Numbered from the stretch's first letter, positions 26,106-39,639 are shown. The stretch: DNA of 64,000 bases from Octopus vulgaris (GCA_951406725.2 OX597821.1:14074001-14138000), one strand, 5' to 3'. The notes: a model not told the origin generated them from the letters alone. Numbers and translations: made by a program.

Positions 26106-27026
26106 AATAAATAAAATGCATACAATATATACTGAGGGATTTGTCTGCCAAATTCACTCACAAGGCATTAACTGGCCTGGATTGATAGCAGAAGATAATG
26201 CAGCATTGTGGAACTAAACCTGAAACAATTTAGTTGTAATGTGAGCTTCAAAAAAACCTTGACATTAAATCATAATTTTATATTCCAAATCCTGCCAAGT
26301 ACTGTTCAGTAATAATGGTGTCACTTGTACTGGAACTTGCTTTTGTCTTGACTAACTCTCATGATGCAGTGATGGCAAACCTGCTGTAGCTCTGCAGCAA
26401 ATGCCAATTAATGAAGATTTTATAAATTATAATGATCAAACCTTTAATCTCTGAACATAATATTGGCTTTTGATAATTATTGCAATATCTGAGTTATTTT
26501 AAAAGAATGCTTGTTTTATATCGTTCTGTAAGGTCTCATAAATTAGTCTTTTATATCATCAGCCCATCCTTTGCATGGATCATACATTGAAATATTTTAT
26601 CCTTCATTTCTAAATAGATCTGTTTGTCATATGATTAAGTTAATTATTTGACATTTGAAAGTCAGCCATTTGAAGGTCAGAGGCATTTAACCATGGATAA
26701 TCAGCTTTCTGACAACTAAATGAAAGCAGAAGGAGGTACTTCAGTTGCTCACACTCCCAGCAGAAGTGATGTAAAAAAAAACCCAGCATTATGTAAAAAA
26801 GGAAAAAAAAAAAATTCTTGCCAAATTTATTGTGGTTAATTATTGATGCTAATTAATTTCACACATGCAATATCCATTTAAATTTAAGTATGGTTTGAGT
26901 CGTTTGAGATATAATCATTTTGGCCTTGGATGTATTCCATTGACACAATATAAACCCATGTCCTCTTGGAATGGTATATAGTAGAAAACAGACTTATTTG
27001 TCAGCACTTTCAATATTTTATCAGTG

Positions 27027-27232
27027 CTGACAGAATCATTAGCATGCTGGGCAAAATGCTTGGCAGCAATTCATCTGTCTCTATGTTCTGAGTTCAAATC
27101 TCACCAAGGTCAACTTTGCCTTTCGCCCTTATGGGGGTCAATGAAATAAGTACTAGCTGAGTACTAGAGGTCAATGTAATTGACTTACTCCCTTGAAATT
27201 GCTGGCCTTGCACCAAAATTTGAAATCAATAT
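27027..27232 (+). mobile_element. SINE family B (donor of the inverted copy at 29221-29448)
   Basis: ctgacagaatcattagcatgctgggcaaaatgc...aaatttgaaatc. Confidence 0.8.
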
Positions 27233-28474
27233 TTTTTTCTTTTTTATTAAGTGGCTTTTCTTGTTGTAGAGTACATGTGAGGGTTCTGTAATTTCTTGTT
27301 GAACAACCCTCACACATCATTTGTTTATAGTGGTCAAATGTTCATACTAGATTTTCAACTCATTCTCTCCATCCATCAAATCAAACATTACTGGCACAGA
27401 GGTGCACAGTGTGCCACACATCAGATGTTGCTGTAATTGCAGAGCAGAGTTTTGCTCAAAAACACAACACACCACCTGGACCAGGAATTGAAACCTTGAT
27501 CTTGTGATTATGAATGCAACACACTAACCACTAGGACACACAGCCTTACTATCATAATCAGTTCATTATAACACAGTAAATATATTTTTTATTCACATTT
27601 CTCTTAAAAGAACCCAATAATTCCCCTGCAGCATTGTTAACTACTTGCAGTCACTGATGCTAATAAATGAGTTCCTGTGTGGTTGTTTGACATGTTAACA
27701 TGAAGTCAATCTGCCGAATGAACATTTAAAGAATCCTAATTACTAGTCTGTGAGGTATTGCCATCTAATACTCTCTTACCATAGGCAGCATTGGTACAAA
27801 ATTAAAACAGTGAGCAGTATTAGAAATCCTCCACTACTACATCGAAATAAGAGAAATACAAAAGAAAAAAAAAATCTTGTTTCCTTTCTGGTTGAAGTAT
27901 TATGACTGCCGTAGAGTTACTCAAACGTGTTTGTTGTGGATCTAGAAGTAGAAAGATTCCTATCTACATTTTATTGGATGTATTTTGGAAGTGTAATCTC
28001 ATAAAAAGGATTCTTTTTACTGCTGTGTTAGAGCCACAATCTGCCAAAGTTGAAGATAGCAAGGTAGAGGGAGACAAAAGAGCAAAATAATAATAATAAT
28101 AATAAACAGAGAAGAGAAAAGAAATAAGTAATAAGAGATGATTAATAGAGCAGAGGGTGAGAAGAGAAAGAGAAAGACTAGAGGGAAAAAATACTGAAGA
28201 GAAGAATTAGAATTATGTGTTCATGGTATGTGTAACCAACACAAGCTGTATTGCATTTCAAAGAGGCAGAGTAGGTACTGTAGATAGCAAGACCTTCTTT
28301 GAAGAGTACTTTTAAGAGGTCTTAAATAAGGGAAGTTTTGGCAATTTCTTAAAGACCTCATAAAAAAGGATCCTGTAAAGAAGGTTCTTTGATATTTTAC
28401 AGTGCTCATTGCTCCTCTTTGAAATGCAATGTAACTTGAATTAGGTTTTTAAGAAGTATGTACTTTATAGTATA

Positions 28475-28872
28475 CTAGCAGTATTGCCCGGCGTTGCTCG
28501 GGTTTGTAAGGGAAATAACTATATAAGCATTTTTAGAGAGTTATAGCCAAAAAATAGCAAAAAAATGCATTAAAAATGGAAAAAAAATGATGGTAAATTT
28601 TTTTTTTAAATCGTTGACTCATCGTGGACATTTTTAGAGAGTTACTTCCCTTATATAATAGCGAAAAAATGCATTAAAATGGAAAAAAATGATGGTAAAT
28701 TTTTTTTAAATCGTAGACTCATCGTAGACGTGCGCTAATACCCAGAAGGGCTCGATATGAATCACGACTATAAGATACCCGCTTTTGGTTAAACTGCACC
28801 GCAAAACGTGGGAGTAGTTAGGAATCTAAATCGTAGGAGACAGACACACAACTTCACTTTTATATATAAAGA
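28475..28872 (-). mobile_element. Non-autonomous Helitron family 1, complete
   Basis: TC...CCCGAGCAACGCCGGG hairpin...CTAG termini, A|T target; one internal unit fewer than 18635-19132. Confidence 0.85.
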
Positions 28873-29039
28873 TAGTAAGGAGTACATATACACTGTACAG
28901 CATATATTAAGTATATATATTTTAGAAGAAGTATATAAATAATTAAATCACCACCAAAAGAGCTTGAACTCAAAATTAGTAAAGTTAGCATAGAATGTAG
29001 CAATGCCCTAATGCTGCACTTGAATCTGTGTTGAGGTTA

Positions 29040-29800
29040 GAGAGAAGGAAGATGTGGTACGAGAACAAACCACAGAGTGGCTGAGTCTAAGACTGGCAAA
29101 ATCCTGTGGAATTTCCCTGTTCAGATGGACTAGGTGTTTGAGTACAACAAGCTGGACCTAGTGATGGTGGACAAGGTGAACCCCATGTGTTCTATAATTG
29201 ATGTTGTGTGCCCCTTTGACCCACTTAATAAAAAAGAAAAAAATATTGATTTCAAATTTTGGTGCAAGGCCAGCAATTTCAGGGGAGTAAGTCAATTACA
29301 TTGACCTCTAGTACTCAGCTAGTACTTATTTCATTGACCCCCATAAGGGCGAAAGGCAAAGTTGACCTTGGTGAGATTTGAACTCAGAACATAGAGACAG
29401 ATGAAATGCTGCCAAGCATTTTGCCCAGCATGCTAATGATTCTGTCAGAAGTAAGGCAAAAGCAAAACGACATGTGCAATCTCCTTAAATATGAGACAGC
29501 CTGACTGTGGAAAATGAAAATGGTGAAGATAGTACCAATAATTGTTGAGTCCTTGGGAACAGCATCAGAAGGCATCAAGAGGAATATTGAAGAAAAGGGG
29601 AGCAGAGTTCCTAGTAGAGCTGTTGCAAAATGTTTGTCTCCTTGGAATGGCTAGAATCACCAGGAAAGTATTAGATAGTTGAAAAGAATAGTTGAACAGA
29701 TAACATGGTACCTTAGGTTACAGGTAGCAAGACCACTGTGCATTGAAAACTCCAGAAGTTACAACAAAACCTGAGATAAAAGAAAAATAATATTAGTAAT
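29040..29800 (+). mobile_element. Second R4/Dong-type 3' end, interrupted at 29221-29448
   Basis: KILWNFPVQMD*VFEYNKLDLVMVDK..IIDVVCPFDP; ..VELLQNVCLLGMARITRKVL; similar to 21319-21785. Confidence 0.75.
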
Positions 29801-30019
29801 AATCCCTTCTATTAATGGCACAAAACTTAAGATTTAGAGGGAAAAGATTGGTTGATTATGTTGGCCCCAATGCTTGACTGGAATTTATTTCAATGACCAC
29901 AAAAGGCAAAGTTAATCTTGGTGGAATTTGGATGAGAATGTCTGAAATAAACTCGACTGCTCTCACAAACAAAAATACTAAAAATGAACCCGACTACTTT
30001 CAAAAATTAAGTAAGTAAA

Positions 30020-30218
30020 CCAGAAAAATAATCAAGAATTTTTGTCCAGAACCAGATCAATCCCAAAATCTAATCAGTTTGTGTCAGTCACAGGGCCAAA
30101 CATTCCTGAAAGTTTCTTTTGAATCCATCCAGCAATTCTTGAAATATCTTGTTCAGGGACAGACAAACAAATGTGACTGAAAACAATACCTCCGCCTTTG
30201 TTAAGGCAGAGGTAATAA
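30020..30218. mobile_element. Helentron/HINE-like fragment
   Basis: Terminal palindrome atacctccgcc-tttgttaa-ggcagaggtaat preceded by (ACAG/ACAA) repeats. Confidence 0.45.
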
Positions 30219-30234
30219 TAATAATAATAACCAC

Positions 30235-30810
30235 TGTGTTATCATGTACATTGTTTCGTCTTGGTATAAAAGATGGGCTACAGCAAATATGGTTGTGATG
30301 CATGTGCCTAGTGTACCCTTATCAGACGGGTAGTCATGATGGTTATACTGGGCTTCGTATATTTTACCCCAGTGTCACTTTGATGGCATGCACTACTCTC
30401 TCACTCAATAATAATGATAATAATAAATGCCGTGATGCAGTACCCGACAGTGGCTCTCATGGCTTCTGATCTTAACTGATTGGAAGTGTTATCATGTACA
30501 TTGTTTTGTCTTGGTATAAAAGATGGGCTACAACAAATATTCTGCTCAATACTACAGATTTGCTTGTCAGTTGCTTGACCTTAACCCGTTGAGCATGTCC
30601 CTTAGTGGCTGATGATATGTGCATCTCTGATCATGAGTAGAAGTAGTGGGGGAGCATCATAGCCATGTGTTGAAAGGAATTCTTGGATGTTTGGATAATT
30701 CACTTTTGGAAACACGGGTGGTTCATTCAACATCCTTAAACAATCCTTATTCAGGGACCTTTTGAGTGGGATGGGCTACTCGACCAGAAGAAACTTCTAA
30801 CTGGGCTCAG
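30235..30810 (+). mobile_element. (TAA)n-associated non-coding repeat, two partial head-to-tail copies
   Basis: End ...ctctctcactc-aataataat followed by start aaatgccgtgatgcagtacc; reverse copy at 33712-34001. Confidence 0.6.
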
Positions 30811-31038
30811 AAGAAAATTCTAAATGGTTTCAAATTTTGCCACAAGGGCAGCTATTTTGGAGGAGGGATGTGTCAATTACATCGACCCCAATTTTCACAG
30901 GCACTTAATTTATTGACTCCAGAAGGATAAAAGGCAAAGTCGACCTCAGCAGAATTTGAACTCAGAACATAGCAACAGTCGAAATACCGCTAAGCATTTT
31001 GCCTGGCATGCTAACAATTCTGCCACCTCGCGGCCTTA

Positions 31039-31092
<54 letters not shown>

Positions 31093-31329
31093 TTTCTTTG
31101 TATTCTTTGTTTACTTTTTTATTTCTTGTTTTTTTTTTATTCTTTCTCTCTATCTTTCTTCCCTTTTTTTTCTATCACATGACCTTGTAAATGGACAATT
31201 TGGTGTGTTTACTTTAATGGCCTACCAATGTATACAGTGCATTTCTCTGCCCTAGGTGTCAGGAAGACACTCGGCAAGTAATGGAAACAGAATTGAAAGA
31301 AGAAGATAATGAAAATAATGATAATAATA

Positions 31330-32010
31330 CCTATTTCCCTAAAGCAAAAATTCTTCTCTATGGCATGAAGCAGTGGATACATCCTTTCGCACACGTCAAA
31401 TATGTTACAGACATTTTTGAACTGATCTAAATGCTTTTTTTCATTAGATATTTCTGCAATTGGTTTATGTGTATCTGTTAGATATTTTAACCTGATGTTT
31501 AAAATTTTATCATTCCCCAATGCTTAGCAGTTCATTTATTGTAGTTTCTGAGGCACATCTGTTTTTATTGCTTCAGAAGAGTGTTCAACTACTGCACTTT
31601 CGAACACTCTTATCCATGGCAGCAACCCTTTCGTTGTCCATACAGCTCCTAAAAATTCTTCTATTACTCTTGCTGTTGGCACTGGATTCATGACTTTATA
31701 GTTTTATTTTGGTTTTTGGCTATTTTTTTTCCCTAATTGGTAGTAAAATCACTTTGAATTGGAGTTGAACTGCTTTCCTTTGTTCAAAGAATCATTTGGG
31801 ATTAACAAAGATCTCTTGCTTCAGGTGTTCTTTGATTTCAGTTACTTCTTTTCTTTCTTTCTTTCTTTCTTTCTATCTTTCTTTTTTTCTTAGTTTTGTT
31901 TCTTCTTTTTTCTTACAGGATTCTTTAAAGGAAGTTCTTGATACCTATAGTGCCAACTCCTTCTTCTTGCAATGCAATGCAATGAAACTCGCATTGCATT
32001 GGTTGGTTCC
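31330..32010 (-). pseudogene. Highly decayed internal fragment of an R4/Dong-like ORF
   Basis: Minus-strand KQFNSNSK*FYYQLG and PVPTARVIEEFLGAVW..LPWI resemble the pre-RT region of R4/Dong elements. Confidence 0.4.
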
Positions 32011-32195
32011 CCATGCTATAAATACATGTTATTTTCTTCCTTCTCCTCTCTTAATCCTCTCCCTTAATCTCCCTCCGCTTCCCTTTCGCACTCCTTTGCT
32101 ATTATCTTCTGATTACAATCTTTTTTCTTCTTTGGCTTATTATTGTTATTGTTATTTTTCTTCTTCTTATGATTATTATTATCATTAAAAGAAGT

Positions 32196-32229
32196 CATCA
32201 TCATCACCATCGTTATCACCACCACTACC

Positions 32230-32260
<31 letters not shown>

Positions 32261-32587
32261 CCACCACCATTGCCATTATCATCACCACCACCATCATCAT
32301 CATCACCACCATTACCATTATCATCACCATCATCATCATCATTATCGTCATTATCATCACTACCACCATCACCACCACTATCATCATCATCATCCCCACC
32401 ACCACTACCATCATCATCATCATCATGACCATCACCATCATCATGACCATCATTACCGCCACCATCACCGCCACCATCATCATCATCATCATCATCATCA
32501 CCATCACCATCATCATCATCCACATCGTTATCACCACCACTATCATCATCATCATCATCCATCATTACCACCACCATCACCATCATC

Positions 32588-32619
<32 letters not shown>

Positions 32620-32771
32620 CACCATCGTTATCATCACCATCATCATCATCATTATCGTCATCGTCATCACTACCACCATCACCACCACTATCATCATCAT
32701 CATCATCATCCCCACCACCACCACCACTACCATCCTCATCATCATGACCATCATTACCGCCACCATCACCG

Positions 32772-32805
<34 letters not shown>
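32196..32805. repeat. Compound (CAT/CAC)n trinucleotide tract with an internal higher-order duplication
   Basis: The pattern attatcgtca..catcactaccaccatcaccaccactatc recurs near 32341 and 32650. Confidence 0.9.
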
Positions 32806-33154
32806 TTCATCCATCCTCCATCCTCACCAGCTTGGCAAGTTAGTAGAACCGTTGGAATACTGTAAAAAAATATTGATAAAATAAGTACATGGGGAGGAAC
32901 AGATTTCGATATAATCAACTATCCCTGACCCAAACTCCCCCCACACACACACACACTGAATTTTAGGCTTTGTGCCTCCATTACAAAAATTCTTCTTCTT
33001 CTTCTTCCTCCTCCTCCTCCTCCCCCCTCCTCATCATTTCATTCTGAATTCAAATCCCAGCATGGTCAACTTCTTTCATCGTTCCAAGTTCGTTAAAATA
33101 AAATACCAGTCATACCCTGGTATCAGCAGTATTGAATAATAAAAAAAAAATTGA

Positions 33155-33380
33155 AGGCAGAGACGTTAGCACGCTGGGCAAAATGCTTAGCGGTATTTCG
33201 TCTGCGTTACGTTGTGAGTTCAAATTCTGCTGAGGTCGACTTTGCCTTTCATCCTTTCGGGGTCGATAAATTAAGTACCAGTTATGCACTGGGGTCAATG
33301 TAATCGACTTAATACCTATGTGTGTCTTTGTTTGTCCCCTCTGTGTTTAGCCCCTTGTGGGTAATAAAGAAATAAGTATT
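33155..33380 (+). mobile_element. SINE family B
   Basis: ggcagagacgttagcacg..gagttcaaattc..gcctttcatcctttcggggtcgataaattaagtacc..gtaataaagaaata. Confidence 0.85.
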
Positions 33381-33654
33381 GATTAACCTCACTCATTGCC
33401 AGTCTTGTGCCAAAATCAGAAACCATTACTATTAATTTTGTACTTATCATCATCATCATCATCATTATTATTATCATTATTATTATTATTATTCACATTC
33501 TGCCAAGGTCGACTTTCTCTTTCATCCTTTTGGGGTCAATAAAATAAGTACCAGTTGAACACTGGGGTCAATGTAATTGACTATCCCCCTTGCCTAAATT
33601 TCAAGCCATGTGCCAACAGTAGAAAGGATTATGATGTTGATGTTGATGATGATG

Positions 33655-33708
<54 letters not shown>

Positions 33709-33711
33709 TTT

Positions 33712-33999
33712 GGGTGAGAGAGCAGTTCATGCCATCAAAGTGACACTGGGGTAAAATATACAAAGCCCAGTATGCCCATCATGACTACCCGTCTGATAAG
33801 GGTACACCAGGCAAATGCATCACAACCAAATGTATGCGACATGGTGATCTCATATCAAGTTAAACAGTGCATGACCTTGCAGGCGGGACCCAGTTAGAAT
33901 TTTCTTCTGGTCAAGTTGCCCATCCTGCTCAAAAGGTAACACTTCCAACCAGTTAAGATCAGAAGCCATGAGAGCCACTGTCTGGTACTGCATCAGGGC

Positions 34000-34001
<2 letters not shown>
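33712..34001 (-). mobile_element. (TAA)n-embedded non-coding repeat, internally deleted, both ends present
   Basis: Flanked on both sides by (TTA)n; same ends as 30235-30810. Confidence 0.65.
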
Positions 34002-34043
<42 letters not shown>

Positions 34044-35029
34044 GGGTGCTAGATTGACATAATTGTAGGGTTTCCAGACAAAATGTCTTGCAGTATTTTT
34101 CCCAGTTATTTGCATGGAGAGATAAATTTTGCTGAGCTGAACTTTGCCTTTCGTTACCTCTAGAGTCAATAAATTAAAGTACCAATCAAGTACTGGTTTG
34201 AGTTAATCAACTATCAAACAACCTTTGAAATTGTTGGCTAATTAGTTCTTGCTTATAAGGTTGTCCTCTAAGTTATATCAATCCATGTCAGCATAGAAAA
34301 ACAATGGTGGTGATTAGATGTTGCTTCTTCAAAGATATGCATATTTAAGAAGAAAATTTAACTTGAAAAATAGGCAAAATCTAGGGACAGGAAGATTATC
34401 CGTCTGTAAAATAATACCACAATAATTATTTGTCTGACCCCTGTTAGCTTGGAACAACAACCATAAAACGAACCAATTAACATAAGGTTACAGATATCTT
34501 ATTCAATCCCTTAAAAAATTTTAATTACATAATTATATTAGAAATTTATTGAAACATTTCATATTAAATATAATCACAATTTGATAAAGGCACATAAGAT
34601 GTACACAGATTTTTTTCTTTTTTTTATTGTTCATTTTTCCAATAAATTTTATTGCTAGTCAATATATTGATCTAAAATAAAAAGGAAAATTTTCAAGTGT
34701 GTTTTTGGAATGGAAAAAAAAAATTCTTTGGTTGGAAAGGAAAACAGTTCTATGCAACAGACAGAGCTCCAAGAATATTAACCATATGAAAAATGCTATA
34801 TTTCTATATCTTTCAGTTTTTCTTTGACTGCAATGATCCACATGGAGTATTTTTTTTTATAGATTTTTCTATTTTCCTTTATTGGATATCAAAAATTGTC
34901 AATGTCTTTTATTGGTAGACATTCCAGGTTATTAACTTGACTGCTACTTATTTGATTTCTTGCATAGATACATTTTATTTATTCACAATATATATTCATT
35001 CTGCCCTCTGTCTTCATATTTGGAATTGG

Positions 35030-35390
35030 AAACACTCCGTCGGTTACGACGACGAGGGTTCCGGTTGATCCGATCAACGGAACAGCCTGCTCATGAAATT
35101 AATGTGTAAGTGGCTGAGCACTCCACAGACACGTGTACCCTTAACGCAGTTCTCGGGGATATTCAGCGTGACACAGAGAGTGACAAGGCCGGCCCTTTGA
35201 AATACAGGTACAACAGAAACAGGAAGTAAGAGTGAGAGAAAGTTGTGGTGAAAGAGTACAGCAGGGATCACCACCATCCCCTGCCGGAGCCTCGTGGAGC
35301 TTTAGGTGTTTTCACTCAATAAACACTCACAACGCCCGGTCTGGGAATTGAAACCACGATCCTATGACCGTGAGTCCGCTGCCCATTGTG
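35030..35390 (-). mobile_element. tRNA-derived SINE family C
   Basis: Minus strand ggactcacggtcataggatcgtggtttcaattcccagacc tRNA-like head; related to 5863-6110 and 58273-58520. Confidence 0.75.
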
Positions 35391-35794
35391 CCTCCACTCT
35401 GGGCCATTGCGCCTCCACTCTGTCTTCATATATACATGCATGCACATACACAGGAGCTAGATGCAGCCCTACAGCTCACTGGTTTCCTGCCAAACCACCC
35501 TACCCATGCCAACATGGAAAGTGGATGTTATATGATGATGACGAGGAGGAGGAGGAAGAGGAGCCAGATGATACATACATACATACTATGGCTGGACTTG
35601 AGATCTTGGGGAGAGTCTGCATGTCCAGAATTCATACGTTACAAATGATCACAATATCATGGACTATAAAAATCTGCAAGACCCTCTTAAGATTTAAAGG
35701 ATGTTGATTAAAACAAGATACTTTTCCTTCACAACCTTGCTACCGAGTAGGTAACCGGTCAAAATTTATTCTAAATGAAGTTGAAAGAAAGAAC

Positions 35795-35969
35795 ATAGGC
35801 GCAGGAGTGGCTGTGTGGTAAGTAGCTTGCTAAACAACCACATGGTTCCGGGTTCAGTCCCACAGTGTGGCATCTTGGGCAAGTGTCTTCTGTTATAGCC
35901 CCCGGGCAGACCAATGCCTTGTGAGTGGATTTGGTAGACGGAAACTGAAAGAAGCCTGTCGTATATATG

Positions 35970-36000
<31 letters not shown>

Positions 36001-36225
36001 TTGTGTGTCTGTGTTTGTCCCCCTAGCATTGCTTGACAACCGATGCTGGTGTGTTTACGTCCCCGTCACTTAGCGGTTTGGCAAAAGAGACTGATAGAAT
36101 AAGTACTGGGCTTACAAAGAATAAGTCCCGGGGTCGATTTGCTCGACTAAAGGTGGTGCTCCAGCATGGCCGTAGTCAAATGACTGAAACAAGTAAAAGA
36201 GTAAAAGAGTAAAAGAGTAAAGAGT
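35795..36225 (+). mobile_element. SINE family A
   Basis: Full-length, tail (gtaaaaga)n. Confidence 0.85.
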
Positions 36226-36874
36226 ATACATACATACATATTTACATGCATGCATCCATATATACATACTTAGTAATTCGCATATAACAAATACAATCTG
36301 TAAGTGGAACAGTAAAGTTCGGCAAGACTTTTCTCAGGTTTAAAATATGACATTGCTTTTCTTATCTATATTCCAAAGATGGAGCCTTGTATCATTGTCA
36401 GAAAGCAGCTCCTTCTTCTAAGGAAGAATTTAAATGATTAAATATTGTAGAGACATACATACGTACATACATATACACACATACACACACACTATAAAAA
36501 TCTGTAAAACTTTCCAGAATTTTGTCATTTAAGTATATATAAGCATGTCTAGACATACTGCTATATGCATGAGAGTACATATATAAAATCAAACACAAGT
36601 CTGCACATATACATATATACATACATACAAATATACCCTGTTGACGTTGTTGAAATTCCAGTGAAGGAGCCTTGTATCTAAGTTAAATATCCTGCTCTTT
36701 CTCTCTTGGCAAGAAATCTTGAAATAAAACTGAATAATGACAGATGGACATACATGCATACATACATGCATACATACATACAGATACACATACATACAGA
36801 TACACATACATACATACATACATACATACATACATACATACATACATACATACATAAATATATATATATATATA

Positions 36875-37263
36875 CTAGCAGTATCGCCAGGTGTTGCTCG
36901 GGTTTGTTTCGACCCGCTAGAATTGAAATTTTTGAAAAGTAAAAAATTTGCATTATGTAGCTTGTTATTCTCTTCAAGTGAACATTTTTCTGGTTGAAAT
37001 ACACCGAAAAGTGGCGACACAGCAGTGAAAAAATCGTAAAAAATAAGGATTTTCATAGAAAAAAGCACCTTTTTGATGTAAATAATTTTTGGTGTTAACA
37101 TGGTCCGATTTGAATTTTACCTTCTATTGAAGGAAGAGCAACCCTTCTTCTATAATACTCTCAATTTTGGTCAACTTGCGTCGCAGGGTCCCGGAGGAGA
37201 TAGTGTTAGTTGAAGGCTACCAAACCTGCCGCACACAGACAACTTCAGCTTTATATAGAGAGA
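36875..37263 (-). mobile_element. Non-autonomous Helitron family 2, complete
   Basis: 5' TCTCTCTATATAAAGCTG; 3' hairpin + CTAG shared with family 1; different interior. Confidence 0.8.
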
Positions 37264-37783
37264 TAACACACACACATTAATACACATACATACACACACA
37301 CACACACACACTCACACACACTCACACACACGCACGCACGCACACATACACACACACACCTTCTTAGCTTACAATTTCTTTCTTTCAACAATTGACAACT
37401 GAAGTACGCTTGCCAATGAATACTACCAAAAGTTAGCGACAGATGTCTGTTTCCTTTTTTTTTCTTTTGAGGATTGGTTTAAGCATTAATAAGAGAAAGT
37501 AGCAGAATGTGTGATCTGTAGGAGAAAGTGTGGTAATAGCAGGAGTAAAGCATTTGAAATGAGAGAGGCAAATCGTAAAATATTGAGTTTTCTTGAATTT
37601 TTGCTGAATTGGGGGTGAAATTGAAAAAAATGTATATGCCATGACCCAATCGAATCTACTTCGAAAAATCATAGGTAAATTCCAATTGAAGAAATTGTAT
37701 ATTGTACAATTGTATTAAAAACAAACTATGTGGGAGGCAGAGAAAATCTGCCTTTTATCATAAGAAAGATATATATATATATA

Positions 37784-38265
37784 TATAAAATATAAATTAG
37801 AGATAAAACCACTTTTATTGCAACTCAAACAGTGATAGACATAAACCAATACATAAATAACCAATATGTATATACATAAATAATTTTTTTTTAAATAATG
37901 ATAAAAATATAATATAATATATAAAAAAACACATGGCTACAATTAAATTCGAATTACAAATAAGTTTAAATTCAATTGAAATAAATTCGATTTAAAATTA
38001 TAGTCAATCTTCAATTGAATTTAAACTTAATTGTAATTTGAATTTAATTGTAGCCATGAAATGTATGTAGTGTTTTTACATATTATATTATATTTTTATC
38101 ATTCATTAAAAAAAAATAAATTTATATATATACATATTGGTTTATGTCTATCACTGTTTGAGTTGCATAATAGTGGTTTTATCTCTAATTTATATTTTAT
38201 TTATACTGTGAAATTTGATTTGCACTAAATTATTGCAATTGAATTTTTCCCTGTAAGTTTGGAGT
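37784..38265. repeat. AT-rich fold-back (about 195-bp arms) with a one-sided tail, next to (TA)n
   Basis: 37784-37980 is the reverse complement of ~38009-38200; same layout as 2132-2902, but no hammerhead found. Confidence 0.75.
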
Positions 38266-38269
38266 TTTA

Positions 38270-38486
38270 TACTCTTTTACTCATTTACTTGTTTCAGTCA
38301 TTTGACTGCGGCCATACTGGAGCACCGCCTTTAGTCGAGCAAATCAACCCCAGGACTTATTCTTTGTAAGCCCAGTACTTATTCTATCGGTCTCTTTTTG
38401 CCGAACCGCTAGGTGACGGGGACGTAATCACACAGCATCAGTTGTCAAGCAATGCTAGGGAGACAAACACAGACACATAAACACAT

Positions 38487-38537
<51 letters not shown>

Positions 38538-38789
38538 GGCGGTGCCCCAGCAAATGGCGGTGCCCCAGCATGGCCACAGCTCAAGAGCTGAAACTGGAAA
38601 ACATAAACATAATATACATATATACGACAGGCTTCTTTCAGTTTCCGTCTACCAAATCCACTCACAAGCATTGGTCGGTCCGGGGCTATAGCAGAAGACA
38701 CTTGCCCAAGATGCTACGCAGTGGGACTGAACCCGGAACCATGTGGCTGGTTAGCAAGCTACTTACCACACAGCCACTCCTGCGCCTAT
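38270..38789 (-). mobile_element. SINE family A with a CR1-like 3' tip (38538-38610) inserted in its TA tract
   Basis: Insert ggcggtgccccagcaaat-ggcggtgccccagcatggccacagctcaagagctgaaact. Confidence 0.8.
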
Positions 38790-39552
38790 GTTCTTTCTTT
38801 CAACTTCATTTAGAATGTCAATGATTATGCCCAGCTGATGAGAAATCTGAAGTTTCTCCACCTGGACAAGAGCTTTAGATTTTTCATCTATAATTATTGG
38901 AACAATTATTTATATCACACACTGCATCTATACAAATTTTGAGAAGTTGGGTTCTTACAAACCCAGAAAGAACTTTCCTGATCAAGTGGTTACAGCTTCA
39001 AGCTATCAAAGGTATTATCAAAATATGAAAAGGATTCAACAAGTTTAGCATGTAATATTGATTTCAAATTTTGGCTCAAGGCCAGCAACTTTGGGGGAGG
39101 GGTTACCTCACATTCACCCCCAGTACTCAACTGGTACTTATTTTATCGACCTCGAAACTTTAGTGTGTAATACCAACATATGTAATGATATCTGTGTCGG
39201 CATCAAATGAATGCACATTTATACATACAAGTGTGCATGCATACATATATACATACACATATATATATATATATGTATCTACATACATAAACACACATAT
39301 ACATATAAATGTACATACATGTGTACATACATATAGAGACACACATATGCCCATACACACACATATGCACACACATACATACATATGTATTTACATGCAT
39401 ATATACATACATAATACATAAGACATACATTACATACATATGTACATGCATGCATACATACTTACACACATACATGCATGCATACATCTACACATCCATC
39501 CATCCATCCATCCATCCATCCATACATCCACATACATACATGTATATATATA

Positions 39553-39595
<43 letters not shown>

Positions 39596-39604
39596 ATATG
39601 TGTA

Positions 39605-39639
<35 letters not shown>

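Noticed and set aside
32064-32865. Poly-His/Met/Asp ORFs
   Set aside because: Translation artefacts of a CAT/CAC microsatellite; no splice or domain evidence.
36637-36742. Short repeat in (ATAC)n, related to ~39742-39840, as a possible degenerate hammerhead carrier
   Set aside because: Core nucleotides are not recognisable in these copies.
38835-38860. CTGATGA followed by a hairpin, as a possible hammerhead
   Set aside because: No GAAA after the stem and no stem I or III.
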